DNA of 64,000 nt from Octopus vulgaris (GCA_951406725.2 OX597815.1:33976001-34040000); one strand, 5' to 3'; counted from the first letter of the stretch, positions 13,222 to 26,504 are shown. The notes: generated by a model from the letters alone, not told the origin. Numbers and translations are program-made.

Positions 13222-14425
13222 ACATTGATGCTGAGCGGAGGGATCCAAGAAGATCAATGGTCAGGATCACTAAACTCTATCAAAAGAGTAACTGCATCAT
13301 ATGTATAGGGGTGGCACCCCTGGTTGTGTAATTGGCTAATGAAAGAGTCACTGTGACTCAAGCTCCCAATTCAAATTCATAATAATGGAAATGGACGGCA
13401 ATAGAGAGTCATGGGAATCCAAGAAAGCAGCGCGACCGAAGAAGAGGGCGAAACAAGAACAACATGATTTATAAAGTGTGGAAATAATGAAACCTAGGTT
13501 AGTGAATAAACATCTGATATAAGTGGTTAGAGATCTTGGAAAATCAGCTTTCGCCTCGTGACATGACCATCATTAGAAGCATATGTAGACAGTTACCTCC
13601 CTCGAAGCCAGTTGTCTCATCCATTAGCCATTGGATGGCGCACGTCATGGTGTTGCATTGTGGGAGAATTAAATCTATAGCTTTTGGACGGCAAAACCAA
13701 AGTGATTAGACGTATTTTCTTCCTGCTGCGATTCAAAGTGATGTAACGGTCAAACATAACCATCTCTTATGTATATGAATACGAACGCACAGAAACTGCC
13801 TTTATCTCTTTACACTATATATCGGGTGCAGATTGCATCGAGTAACCAGCTGGAGGAGGTGTCCTTCTAGGGTTAAAATGATAGTAACGTCAGTTTGTAC
13901 GGAACAGCCATGTTGAAGTGGCGATAAACATTACTTCTGAAAAAAATATAAAGCAATATCCTAATATAGAAATATGAACAAAGATGAAAAGTATAAACAA
14001 TAGTAGAAAGCAAAGGAAAGCATAAGTGAAATGCCAGAAAAATATCAGAAAAAATATTAGAAAAAAAATGATAAAAGCAGTATGCGTGGGATTGGAAATA
14101 GGGCTTATATGGTACGGAAGATCAAACGGTTACTATGAGACGGATGATCAAACTAGGAACATATGAGATAAGCATCTGTGTACTGATGTAGGTTTGAAGT
14201 GACAGTGTTATTGATACTGTTTAAATCAACTAAATAGCAGGGTTTTTGAAAAGGAGCCATGATATCAATACACCTGGATTAAATATGAAGATTTAAGGTA
14301 ATCAGAAGTTCGCGTCGCGTGTTGCTTTGTTGAGGATACACCGACTTTCTATCCTATCAAGGTGACTCACAGACACATACACACACGCGTGCGTGCATAT
14401 GTATATCTGTATATACACATATAGT

Positions 14426-14676
14426 GGAGGCGCGTCGCTTTGTGGTTAGTGCGTCAGCATCATGATCGTAAGATTGTGGTTTCGATTCCTGGACCGGGCG
14501 ATGCGTTGTGTTCTTGAGCAAAACACTTCTTTTCACGTTGCTCCAGTCCACTCAGCTGGCAAAATTGAGTAACGCTGCGATGGACTGACGTCCAGTCCAG
14601 CTGGGAAACACAAACTCCATAGAAACCGGGAAACCGGGCCCATGAGCCTGGCTAGGCTTTAAAAAGGTCGCATTTA
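14426..14676 (+). mobile_element. tRNA-derived SINE family D
   Basis: tRNA-like head (tgtggttag..ggtttcgattcc); body shared with the 34366 copy, tail shared with the 17196 copy. Confidence 0.8.
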
Positions 14677-14726
14677 AAAAAATTATTTATATACTCATAT
14701 ACATATATATGAACCATAAAAACTCA

Positions 14727-15080
14727 GGAGGTATGAGAGGTGAATATGTTTATTTAACCAGTGGATATCCTTAAGATTACGGCCGTTTCGCAGCCTTATT
14801 CATGTAATAATAATAATAATAATAATAAATTATGTTAACCTGTCTGCATTAAAATGGATGCTACACATTATACAATACAGCTTAACAGTGAATATGCAAT
14901 TGTATTGTATAATGCGTAACATGTATATTAATGTACACATGTAAACATAATTTATAATACACTGAGATTATAATTACTTACAGAAAGATGAAATTATTAT
15001 TGCATGAAGAAGGCTGAGAAACGGCCGTAATCCTAAGGATTTCAAGTGGTTAAATAAATATATTTACCTCTCATAAACCT
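14727..15080. mobile_element. fold-back PLE-like terminal repeat pair with hammerhead half-core GAAAC-GGCC-GTA in both arms
   Basis: arms ~14727-14815 and ~14990-15080 are reverse complements; extra internal hairpin ~14859-14920. Confidence 0.6.
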
Positions 15081-15626
15081 TGACCTTTTATTGTTTATAT
15101 ACTTACGAAATAATTTCATCGATCGGATCCCTTGGATTTCAGCTGCATGGAACTCTGCATTATACTCCTCTGTATTGGATACTATGTAGTCTGTTAGCCG
15201 AGGTCCGTTAGAAGAGCTTTCTGTGAATGCTACACGATCCTGTAAATCCATATATTACACTACTAGTTTGTCCTTATATATATATTATTATTTTTAAAAT
15301 TTTTTTTCGTGCAATGACTAAAGAATAATAAAGGGGTATATATGCCCACGACAGAAAAAAAAAAGAAGGCTTTCCTATCCGTGTTGGAGTCGAACCCATG
15401 TCCTTTTGTTTACGCGACTAAGTTTGTTATCTTCACATCAGCGAATCAGCCTCCCCATTTATGTTAAATTTAAGAATTATAATAGTTCGAGTTTGTTTTT
15501 ATTTAAACAAAGTTTCTATATGCTTTCGGTGCGAATGATTCTTTTTTATACGGCGTCGAGTTTACAATACCATTTTACAAAACCATTCGCAATGAAAGGC
15601 TATAATATTACATATATATATAATAT

Positions 15627-15903
15627 ATATATTCTGTTGTGTCTGGGGAGAGTCATTCTCTTTTGGTGCCTTATAATTTAACACACTCACCGGTGAAATT
15701 TCCACATTTCACTTTTATTTTTCTAAAATTTTCGTTGCGTCTTGCAACATTTTCAATAGTTTTGAGTCAAAACTATCGAAAAGGTTGCAAGATGCAACGA
15801 AAATTTTAGGAAAATAAAAAAAGAAATAAGTGGAAATTTCACCGGTGAGTGTGTTAAATTATAAGGCACCAACAGAGAATGACTCTCCCAGACAACAGAA
15901 TAT
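15627..15903. repeat. near-perfect ~277-bp palindrome centred on ttttgagtcaaaa (~15767)
   Basis: attctgttgtgtctggggagagtcattctc.. vs ..gagaatgactctcccagacaacagaat; starts in a TA tract. Confidence 0.9.
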
Positions 15904-15956
15904 GCTTCAACATCAAATAAAGAATCTTGCAAAACAAATCCCAAAACGAAATAATG

Positions 15957-16108
15957 GTGTGTGGTAAGTAGCTTGTTTACCAACCACATGGTTCCGGGTT
16001 CAGTCCCACTGCGTGGCACCTTGGGCAAGTGTCTTCTACTATAGCCTCGGGCTGACCAAAGCCTTGTGAGTGGATTTGGTAGACGGAAACTGAAAGAAGC
16101 CCGTCGTA

Positions 16109-16161
<53 letters not shown>

Positions 16162-16175
16162 ATATATATATATAC

Positions 16176-16223
<48 letters not shown>

Positions 16224-16410
16224 GCGTGTGTGTGTTTGTGTGTCTGTGATTGTCCCCCTAGCATTGCTTGACAACCGATGCTGGTTACTTAGCGGTTCGG
16301 CAAAAGAGACCGATAGAATAAGTACTGGGCTTACAAAAGAATAAGTCCCGGGGTCGAGTTGCTCGATTAAAGGCGGTGCTCCAGCATGGCCGCAGTCAAA
16401 TGACTGAAAC
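15957..16410 (+). mobile_element. SINE family B with internal (TA)n/(CA)n tract
   Basis: matches the 20365 and 21628 copies; (taaaagag)n tail. Confidence 0.9.
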
Positions 16411-16428
16411 AACTAAAAGAGTAAAAGA

Positions 16429-16473
<45 letters not shown>

Positions 16474-16769
16474 AAGGAGACTAAACATATCAGAAAATTT
16501 TGATTGGTAATTACGGAACTAGATAGTAAACATTTGTTCGACGACCTTCCGAGATATTCAGATGGTCTAAAAATTGCTTCTGTCAGACGGTTTAGCCAGT
16601 ATTTCCAATATTCTCAGTGCAGACGAATGTAATAAATAGATTGACCAACTTCGATAACCTTCTCCCGCTTTGTCACAATAAAACATACATTTCAGATTTA
16701 TGACGTCATTTAGCGTTCTAGAATTCATTTTTCGACATTTGTCTGCATTTGAAGGCTGAAGGTGTCCCA

Positions 16770-16833
16770 ATGGAGTCTGCCGAGCCAAGCCAAGATTATC
16801 AGGAAGCATATGATACAAAGAAATCATCAACAA
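16770..16833 (+). CDS. weak candidate first coding segment MESAEPSQDYQEAYDTKKSST within exon 16696-16833
   Basis: acceptor catttcag| at 16695; donor caa|gtaagt at 16834; ATG at 16770 open to the donor; unique sequence. Confidence 0.3.
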
Positions 16834-17024
16834 GTAAGTGATATATATATATATCTTTTTCTATTTGGTGTCAATGTTTCTACCTGTTTACCTGTCTGTT
16901 TGGTCTGTCTAATTGTTTGCCTGTCTGCTTATCTTCTTGTTTATCTATTTATACATCTAGTTAGCTACCCTTTCAGATGTGTGTACATGATAAAGAACAA
17001 GAGAGGTAGGGAGAGAGAGAAAAG

Positions 17025-17055
<31 letters not shown>

Positions 17056-17195
17056 AAACTAATGAAAGAGAAATAGATAAATAAATAAACGTTGTTTTAC
17101 CATTGGACCGTCTTATTTCAGTTGTCCTATCATCAAAGGCATGGTAGCCATGATCATCCTGTCAGTTTTGTTTCAGACAGAGTATACCTAATACT

Positions 17196-17519
17196 GTGGA
17201 GGCACAATGGCCCAGTGGTTAGGGCAGCGGACTCGCAGTCGGAGGATCGCGGTTTCGATTCCCAGACCGAGCGTTGTGTGTGTTTATTGAGCGAAAACAC
17301 CTAAACCTCCATGAGGCTCCGGTAGTGGCGATCCCTGTTGTGCTCTTTCGCCCCAGCTTTCTCTCACTCTTTCTTCCTGTTTCTCGAGTAACTCTGCGAT
17401 GGACTGGCGTTCCGTCCAGCTGGGGGGAACACATACGCCACAGAAACCGGGAAACCGGGCCCCTGAGCCTGGTTAGGCTTGAAAAGGGCGCATAAATAAA
17501 TAAATAAATAAATAAATAA
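17196..17519 (+). mobile_element. SINE with family A head and alternative 3' tail ending in (TAAA)n
   Basis: head as in family A; tail gaaaccgggaaaccgggccc.. shared with the 14426 copy; TSD atacctaatact 17184-17195 / 17520-17531. Confidence 0.88.
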
Positions 17520-18439
17520 ATACCTAATACTATATTATCCAGTTTGTTCTAGTAAGACGGAGTGAGTGGGATTTGACTTATTTCTAGCACATCGATCGAC
17601 TGCGTAGAGACTCTTCCGCTAATTATGATACTGTGGATGATGTTTAGCCTCAGATCAACCCCAATCAGACAGATCTATAATCAATGGTATTAGAGCCGCA
17701 ATCATTCTGCTTTCTTTTCTTTTCTGTTTTTAAGATAGCTGTTATATTCAGAACTACATTATCCTGCACAAACATGGCTTCTATAACAGTAAAATGTGAT
17801 TTGATATTTGGTTGTTATTTCTGGCAGGCAGTAAAACAATCGAATAGAGCTCCCTGTCAGCCTGTAAGATTAACACGTTGTGTCAAAATAAAAATAAAAA
17901 TAAGGACTACAAGCAGTAGTAATAACACAAGCATCATTTAGTTACGCGACTAAATCATTCTTAGATTCAACACAAGATTTAACTTTTTGCTATAATGTTA
18001 TCTGTGTTATCTGCGAGTGGAAGTTGAAACGCCGAGTGAAAATTGTTTTTATTTCCTTTTGTCAGCATCTTTACTGCAATGAATAATTAAGGGAGAAAAC
18101 ATTAATTACTCTAGTCTAATTTATGGAGAGCGATGAATCTGTCATCCGATGCAGAATATTTCCATGAAAGTAGTAAAGACACCCTTAAGGATTGACTTCA
18201 TTTGATGTACCTAGGAATAGTTAGCTTGCCAGGGTTCATCAGTATTTCAGTGTTGCAAACTATCGAAATACACGGCAGTGCTAACGTGCTGTCATCCATC
18301 TGTTCTACTCATCGAAACTATTTGAGAATTATCTTGTTCATGGAAACACCGCAGTTCCGGTGATTATATTAACAGTTGCATTTTCAGTTGTATAAAATTT
18401 TAAATTGGCTAAGACGATAGTTCAATACAGAACATAGAA

Positions 18440-18787
18440 ACGAAAACTAAATACGATGTGTAGTCTTCGAATTAGCTCTTTCCTTTCTGGTCCTGAGAAG
18501 CTCAATTTCTCAAGGTATTTAGGCAGTGTGTTACATATCCCTGGACCCCAATAATTACAGGTATAAATCTGAACTTGTAATCTGGATAGAGTAAGTGCAG
18601 ATTTTTCAATAGTTCAGCATAGGTGTTCTTTTTATCACTGATCTTCAGCTTTATATTAACATCCAGAGGGCAGCTGATTTCCATGACTGTGCACTGTTTC
18701 TCTTCTCTATCCCAAATCATTATATCAGGTCTGTTGTGCTTACATTTTGAGGTCTTCACTGGTACATGCCACCAGTATTCCTTTTTT
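18440..18787 (-). mobile_element. RLE-type (R4/Dong/NeSL-like) non-LTR retrotransposon, restriction-like endonuclease fragment
   Basis: HNRPDIMIWD..EISCPLD.NI..K..Y..L..IPVIIG is the PD-(D/E)xK RLE signature. Confidence 0.8.
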
Positions 18788-18857
18788 GTATGTATGTATG
18801 TATATATATATATATAAAAGTAAGATCCAAGGATAAATTTTGGGGATTTACATATGT

Positions 18858-18894
<37 letters not shown>

Positions 18895-18939
18895 TTCACT
18901 CCAGTAATCTTGGAAAACAAATTCATAAACGTAATGACT

Positions 18940-19262
18940 GAGACCCCCTTCGGTCATGACTGACCATGGGATTGCACCTAGAAAGTCACCCTCCCAGGCA
19001 CAAGTCCAGGCAAGGTTTATGGAAGACCAGCAGCCGCCCATGCATACCAGCCTCCTCTGTCCATGCCACCGATGTTATCCAAGGGAAAGGAAAAGGCCGA
19101 TACAGCCTGGCACCTGTGACGTCGCAACTCCATTTCTACAGCTGAGTGAACTGGAGCAACGTGAAATAAAGTGTCTTGCTCAAGAACGTATCACGCAGCC
19201 CGGTCTGGGATTCGAACTCACAACCTCACGATCGTAAGTTCTAACCACTGAACCATGCACCC
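18940..19262 (-). mobile_element. SINE family D
   Basis: reverse complement of 34366-34700. Confidence 0.85.
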
Positions 19263-19353
19263 TTTTTTTGGCCAAATATACACACACATACACAAAATGA
19301 CCATCCCAAAATATAACAATACCTGTTTCAACACAATTTAACACCAGGAAACG

Positions 19354-19452
<99 letters not shown>

Positions 19453-19514
19453 ATATATAAATATTAAAATTACTAAGTCTCTCTAAAAGAGAACAACGGC
19501 AGCGTTCCCGGAAA

Positions 19515-19882
19515 ATAATAGTTATCGCCATACTAATATGGCATTCTTATAAAAATAAGAATAAAGCTGTCCGCTTATTAGCTCCATGAGGCCATCGCCT
19601 TAAGTTAGCTATTTGATACACAAACTGTATCCATATAACCTTCGAACAAGGGAGGTCAGTCGCTCCACACTACTTGACCGGCAGCTACAGACGCGTTTCG
19701 GGGTATTGCCCCTTTTCAATGCCGGTCAAGTAGTGTGGAGCGACTGACCTCCCTTGTTCGAAGTTTATATGGATACAGTTTGTGTATCAAATAGCTAACT
19801 TAAGGCGATGGCCTCATGGAGCTAATAAGCGGACAGCTTTATTCTTATTTTTATAAGAATGCCATATTAGTATGGCGATAAC

Positions 19883-19888
<6 letters not shown>
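19515..19888. mobile_element. fold-back PLE-like terminal repeat: ~170-bp near-perfect arms with a hammerhead-like motif as the loop
   Basis: arms 19515-19683 / 19720-19888; loop on minus strand reads TTGAAAA-gggg-caata-cccc-GAAAC-GC-GTC-tgtagc; (TA)n on both sides; same family at 63810-64000. Confidence 0.75.
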
Positions 19889-19944
<56 letters not shown>

Positions 19945-19946
<2 letters not shown>

Positions 19947-20360
19947 GGTCGTTATATTGACGACAGTATCAGTGTGACCTCACTCTCCCACGAACATCAA
20001 GACTCCTTCCTCTCTATTACTGATCACTTTTCAGCACTACACCATCATCCACACACCTACACATGCACACACACATCAAGGTCACCAACGCCCTTCCACT
20101 CGCACATACACGCTTTGGGATCACCACTATTTTATTATCTCCCCTTCTTCCTAGCTCTCCTATGTGACCCCTCTATCCGGCATTCGCCATGATAGATCGC
20201 TAGCCACTAAATCTTTTTCTGTTTTTCTCATCCTGTTTATTTCTGCGTTCCTTTCTGTCGAAGAGCTTAAGCTCGAAACGTAAAAGACTTTCTCACTTCT
20301 CGAGCGTTAAACTAATACATCTGTTTGTTGTTTACACACCCGTCTTCGTCTTTTCTTTTT
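19945..20360 (+). mobile_element. internally deleted Penelope-like element (RT fragment plus terminal repeat with hammerhead-like motif at 20251-20286)
   Basis: YGRYIDDSISVTSLS..DSFLS (PLE RT YIDD) directly after (TA)n; cttt-CTGTCGA-a-gagc-ttaa-gctc-GAAAC-GTA-aaag. Confidence 0.72.
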
Positions 20361-20364
20361 TTTT

Positions 20365-20768
20365 GGGCTGTGTGGTAAGTAGGTTGCTTATCAACCACAT
20401 GGTTCTGGGTTCAGTCCCACTGCGTGGCACCTTGGGCAAATGTCTTCTACTAGAGCCTCGGGCCGACCAAGGCCTTGTGAGTGGATTTGGTAGACGGAAA
20501 CTGAAAGAAGCCCGTCGTATATTTATATATATATATATATATATATATGTACGTGTGTGTATATGTCTGTGTTTGTCCCCCAACATCACGTGACAACCGA
20601 TGCTGGTGCGTTTACGTCCCCGTAACTTAGCGGCTCGGCAAAAGAGACCGATAAAATAAGTACTAAGCTTACAAAGAATAAGTCCTGGGGTCGGTTTGCT
20701 CGACTAAAGGCGGTGCTCCAGCATGGCCACAGTCAAATGACTGAAACAAGTAAAAGAGTAAAAGAGTA
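20365..20768 (+). mobile_element. SINE family B
   Basis: multi-copy identity. Confidence 0.9.
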
Positions 20769-21627
20769 ATATATATATATATATATATATATAGTCTACC
20801 ATTTCACTTACAATTCCTCAATATTGGTAAACTAACATTCATTTACGTTTTACGTTTACAGATACCCATCTTGTAGAAACTCATCTCTCATTCTACAGCA
20901 CCAATCTACTCAACATATTTACTTCTTTCTTTCTTTTTTTTTTGACCTGGCATTTTTATTGGCGAGAAATAAGATGTTACAGCATTAATTCTTTTCCTTA
21001 AGAAGATAATCTGAATCAAGCAAAATAATTATTTGCAGGAATCAAAACTAGGCTTCGTAGTCAGCTTGAGTAGGATGTGAATCTTCTTTCTCCATCGACA
21101 CTCAAAATGATAACCGAACTGCTGTTGAATCAACCAATGTGAAGCCGTTTTGAATTCATATTAAATTAAACCATATTTATCTAGGGGTGGGGGAGGAGTT
21201 GTTTCTTTTTTTCTAGTTTTGATGAAAGCATTGGGAAAAAAGATATAAATGATATAATCTCCTCCATTCCCTTAATCTTTAATTTTCCACGTTATGCAAA
21301 AAAAAAAGCCCCCCCCCCCAAAAAAAAAACAAAACAAAACAAAAAAAAACCTCCCCAGTTTCTGTAATTGTCTCTTAGCTACGCCGATTGTAACCAAACC
21401 TCTGCCCAACCTGACGATCACATGATAGACACTGGCATTATTAAAGATTTCTCTCAGCTATGATAGCAACAACGATAAAAGTCACGAGGCATTAACAAGT
21501 CTATGTGGCCACCAGACATGCTAAAACTCGGAGTTAAATTTCTCTTGAGTCACATCTTATCGTTTTAAAAAGAGGGAAGGTCACATTTGACAATACTATG
21601 CCTGAAAAAAAAAAAAAAAAACTGAGC

Positions 21628-21793
21628 AGGAGTGGCTGTGTGGTAAGTAGCTTGCTAACCAACCACATGGTTCCGGGTTCAGTCCCACTGCGTGACATCT
21701 TGGGCAAGTGTCTTCTGCTATAGCCCCGGGCCGACCAATGCCTTGTGAGTGGATTTGGTAGACGGAAACTGAAAGAAGCCTGTCGAATATATG

Positions 21794-21830
<37 letters not shown>

Positions 21831-22055
21831 GTTTGTGTGTCTGTGTTTGTCCCCCTAGCATTGCTTGACAACCGATGCTGGTGTGTTTACGTCCCCGTCT
21901 CTTAGCGGTTCGGCAAAAGAGACCGACAGAATAAGTACTGGGCTTACAAAAAAGAATAAGTCCCGGGGTCGATTTGCTCGACTAAAAAGGCGGTGCTCCA
22001 GCATGGCCGCAGTCAAATGACTGAAACAAGTAAAAGAGTAAAAGAGTAAAAGAGT
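21628..22055 (+). mobile_element. SINE family B
   Basis: multi-copy identity; (gtaaaaga)n tail. Confidence 0.9.
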
Positions 22056-23244
22056 ATATGGGATGGTTAGGGATTGAACGTTTTTGATCACGTTTGCTGT
22101 ATCAAACCTGATTCGGGGCTAAATAGCGACAGTAATAAAGACCAAATTTTGGCGACTGCGTGAACCTTCCCATGCTTAATTACGACCAATTCACTGCACT
22201 CACGTTGTTGATAACTTTTGAGAGAGTTACAAACAACATTTTCACACCTTTATTGTAAAAATCATCCATTACAGGTGAATAGTGCAAAAATAAACAAACT
22301 GCCAACATCTTACTAGTTTTCGATCTTCTTTTGAAATGATTTTCCTATCGATTGCGTTGCCTATGCTACCGAGAAAGGAATGAATGCCTTTTAATCTAGT
22401 TCCTTGCTCCTCTCTTCTGTAACACCGAGGTCTGGTGTATATGTCAGAAATCAATACATTCTTTCCCAGTTCGACACATTGACCTCGTTTGCTCCATTAT
22501 TCTTTTTGTTTGAACCAATACCATATCACGTGGCTGATCAAACGTTTCTCCATCCCCTACCCTTTCCTCTCCCTCCTTCTCCACAAAACAAAAATTCAAA
22601 TTACCACTGGAACTGTTATTGATTTTAATTGAATAAGTTAGTATGAGTTCATTTCCTGTCAGGAAGATTCGTGATAGGTTAAAAGCTTAAGGTCTGAACT
22701 CAAAGCTATTTCCCCCCTAAAACATTCCAGAATATCGCCACATGTTTCTGTCATACCGATAAAAAAAAAATATTAAAAAATTCGATAGCAAGCTCTTTTA
22801 TTTTCGCCACTGCTAGCATTGCATGAATAAGGAAGAAGCGGTGGTTGCTAGAATTGGGAAATCACCGGACATATTTTGAATTATGTACATTTAAGTTTTG
22901 AGTTCAAATCCCACCGTGATCGACTTTACAGTTTATTCTTCCGAGCTCTATATGATTAGTATTAATCGAACACTGGGAATGGATTAACCCTCTATTATTT
23001 AAACTAGTCATATCAAACCCAAATATTCAACCTGTTTTATACTCAGACCAGCCAGATGTGGTCTCTTACACTTACCCTACAATATCATCCTAAAAAATAA
23101 ACAATTAAATCATTGAAATCTTGTTGCTACATGATAATACATGACTAATTCAGAACGATGTGAATAAATAAGTAGTACATTTGCTACAGTACTCCAAATT
23201 TTTTAACCTTGTATCTTTGAGAGAGATTATATTTCCACCAAATA

Positions 23245-23712
23245 AGGCGGCGAGCTGGCAGAAACGATAGCGCGCCGGGCGAACGTTAGCACGCCGGGCG
23301 AACGTTAGCACGCCGGGCGAACGTTAGCATGCCGGGCGAAATGCTTAGCGGTATTTCGTCTGCGTTACGTTGTGAGTTCAAATTCCGCCGAGGTCGACTT
23401 TGCCTTTCATCCTTTCGGGGTCGATAAATTAAGTACCAGTTGCGCACTGGGGTCGATGTAATCGACTTAATACCTATGTCTGTCCTTGTTTGTCCCCTCT
23501 ATGTTTAGCCCCTTGTGGGTAATAAAGAAATAGGTATTTCGTCTGTCGTTACGTTCTGAGTTCAAATTCCGCCGAGGTCGACTTTGCCTTTCATCCTTTC
23601 GGGATCGATAAATAAAATACCAGTTTCGCACTGGGGTCGATGTAATCGACTTAATCCCTTTGTCTGTCCTTGTTTGCCCCTCTATGTTTAGCCCCTTGTG
23701 GGCAGTAAAGAA
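23245..23712 (+). mobile_element. SINE family C with 19-bp head tandem (x4) and duplicated body
   Basis: (gaacgttagcacgccgggc)n at ~23262-23340; two ~180-bp body units. Confidence 0.88.
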
Positions 23713-24017
23713 ATATATATTTCCACCAAATCTCCATACTTTCATTGATATATGTTACTCCAATCAACTACCAGAGGTGAGCCTCTACATGGTCGCGTGT
23801 CCTGAGAAAATTAGCAGCCAAATCACCCTCAAATCACACTTTACTGCCTTGGAAACGTACACACTTTAGCTAATGTAATCCTACAATCACTTTTAAGATT
23901 ATTTCTACAGATTTTTTAAAGAATTCAAAGCCAGCACTGTTGAGGTAAAAAACTTAAAAGTGATTGTGTTGCACTGCTAACTCAAAAGTAGGACACAGTA
24001 TTGAGTTATAACCTTTT

Positions 24018-24487
24018 AATATATTTGGTTGTATAATTCCGCCGAGGTCAACTTTGCCTTTCAGCCTTTCAGGGTCGATAAATTAAGTACCAGTTGCGTA
24101 CTGGAGTCGATCTAATCGACTGCCCCCCCTCCCCCCAAAATTCGGGCCTTGTGCCTTGAGTAGAAGAGAATATATTTGGTAGTATAATTCCGCCGCGGTC
24201 AACTTTGCCTTTCATCCTTTCGGGGTCGATAAATTAAGTACCAGATGCGTACTGGGGTCGATCTAATCGACTGCCCCCCCCCTCCTGCCAAAATTCGGGC
24301 CTTGTGCCTAGAGTAGAAAATAATATATTTGGTGGTATAATTCCGCCGAGGTCAACTTTGCCTTTCATCCTTTCGTGATCGATAAATTAAGTACCAGATG
24401 CGTATCGGGGTCGATCTAATCGACTGGCACCCCCTCCCCCCAAATTTCGGGCCTTGTGCCTAGAGTAGAAAAGAATATATTTGGTAG
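24018..24487 (+). repeat. three tandem ~155-bp units derived from the SINE family C body
   Basis: aatatatttggt..tataattccgccg recurs at ~24018, 24169 and 24323. Confidence 0.88.
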
Positions 24488-24629
24488 AATATTATGGTTG
24501 CAAAACGAGATATGGTGCTCCTGGCAGTAATTAATATGTACGTGGCATATGTAAATTGGTCAATCCAATAGTATTACACCACTAAACTTGGTGGGTCTTT
24601 AAGTTTGGCACTAAATTCTTTTATCCTTT

Positions 24630-24945
24630 TATTTGTTTCAGTCATGCTGGAGCACCGCCTTGAAGGACTTTAGTCGAAGAAATCGACTCTAGGACTTGTT
24701 TTTTAAAGCCTGGTACTTTTTCTATCGGGGACATAAACACACCAACACCGGTTGTCACACCGTGATGGATACACACACACACACACACACGCACATATAT
24801 ACGACGGGCTTATTTCAGTTTCTTCTTTTACAAGGCTTTGGTCGGCCCGAGACTTTAGTATAAGACACTTGCCCAAGATGCCACTGAACTCGGAACCATG
24901 TGGTTGAGAGGCAAGCTTCTTACCACACAGCCACACTTGCGCCTG
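24630..24945 (-). mobile_element. SINE family B, diverged
   Basis: reverse-complement similarity. Confidence 0.75.
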
Positions 24946-25405
24946 TAGAAAACCTGTAGAGATAAACTTAAAAGTGATTGTCTCGCACTGCTGACACAAA
25001 AGTAAGCCACAATACTGACTTGTAAACCTTTCATATACTTGCAAATTATGGTTGCAAAACGAAACATGGTGTCTCTACCAACAATTAATATCTATCTAGC
25101 TGTTTGTCTGTCTGTCTGTATGTCTGTCTGTCTGTATGTCTGTCTGTCTGTATGTCTGTCTGTCTGTATGTCTGTCTGTCTGTATGTCTGTCTGTCTAAT
25201 TCTATATATATACACATACACACATAAATATTATCGGTGTCATAAGAATTTTATAAACTTTCAAGAGAGCATGAAATAACTAATTTTTTTTTGTAAAACA
25301 TTAACTCTTGACTCTCGAAGCGCATTACATAAAGCTATAATAGCATGTAAATATTGGCTTGAAGGACCTTAATGAATAGAAAATGTCAAAGGTTACCCGT
25401 GGGAC

Positions 25406-25442
<37 letters not shown>

Positions 25443-25655
25443 CTTTTTCTACTCTAGGAACAAGGACCGAAATTTTGGGGGCGAGGGACAGTCGATTAGA
25501 TCGACCCCAGTACGCAACTGGTACTTAATTTATCGACCTCGAAAGGATGAAAGGCAAAGTCGTCCTCGGCGGAATTTGCACTCAGAACGTAGCGACAGAC
25601 GAAATACTGCTAAGCATTTCGCCCGGCGTGCTAACGTTTCTGCCAGCTCACCGCT
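25443..25655 (-). mobile_element. SINE family C in (AAT)n
   Basis: reverse-complement similarity. Confidence 0.85.
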
Positions 25656-25664
25656 TTGGCCAGC

Positions 25665-25707
<43 letters not shown>

Positions 25708-25713
25708 TATTAA

Positions 25714-25862
25714 TGTCTTTGCACAGCTTCTAACGCTGGAGATGTACTATGGTGCCAGTTGTTCACTCACAGTGAACTAAGGTAACACCCCTTATTTTTT
25801 GAGCACCATCCAGAGTATACGAGCGGTTCCAAGCAGTGCTGTTTTCTGCAAGTGCTCCACCC
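25714..25862 (-). mobile_element. extreme 3' end of an R4/Dong-like retrotransposon inserted in (TAA)n
   Basis: minus strand VEHLQKTALLGTARIL..VLKK* is the R4/Dong C-terminal motif; TAA repeats on both sides, the known Dong target. Confidence 0.72.
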
Positions 25863-25885
25863 TTTATTATTATTATTATTATTAT

Positions 25886-26433
25886 TGAGTGAGAGAACAG
25901 TGCATGCCATCAAAGTGACACTGGGGTAAAATATACGAAGCCCAGTATACCCATTATGACTACCCGTCTGATAAAGGTACACTAGGCACATGCATCACAA
26001 CCATGTGTGCACAACATGGTGATTTCATATCAAGATAAACAGCACATGACCTTGCAGGTGGGGCCCAGTTAGAATTTTTTTCTGGTCGAGTAGCCCATCC
26101 CGCTCAAAAGGTCCCTGAATAAGGATTGTTTAAGGATGTTGAACGAACCACCCATGTTTCCAAAGGTGAATTATCCAAACCTCAAAGAATTCCTTTCAAC
26201 ACACGGCTATGATGCTCCCCTACTACTTCTGCTCGTGATCAGAGATGCGCATATCGTCTGCCACTAAGGGACATGGTCAACTGGTTAAGGTCAAACAACT
26301 GACAAGCAAATCTGTGGTATTGAGCAGAATATTTGCTGTAGCCCATTTTATATACCAAGACAAAACAATGTACATGATAACACTTTCAATCAGTTAAGAT
26401 CAGAAGCCATGAGAGCCAATGTCTCTCAGGGCA
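25886..26433. mobile_element. unclassified ~550-bp element flanked by (ATT)n on both sides
   Basis: complex non-coding block embedded in a triplet microsatellite; no ORF. Confidence 0.5.

Positions 26434-26504
<71 letters not shown>

Noticed and set aside
13430-13462. ccgaaga..gaaac hammerhead-like string
   Set aside because: No NUH triplet, stem I or stem II pairing
24018-24487. CRISPR-like or regularly spaced array
   Set aside because: Whole units are duplicated with no unique spacers; eukaryotic SINE-derived tandem
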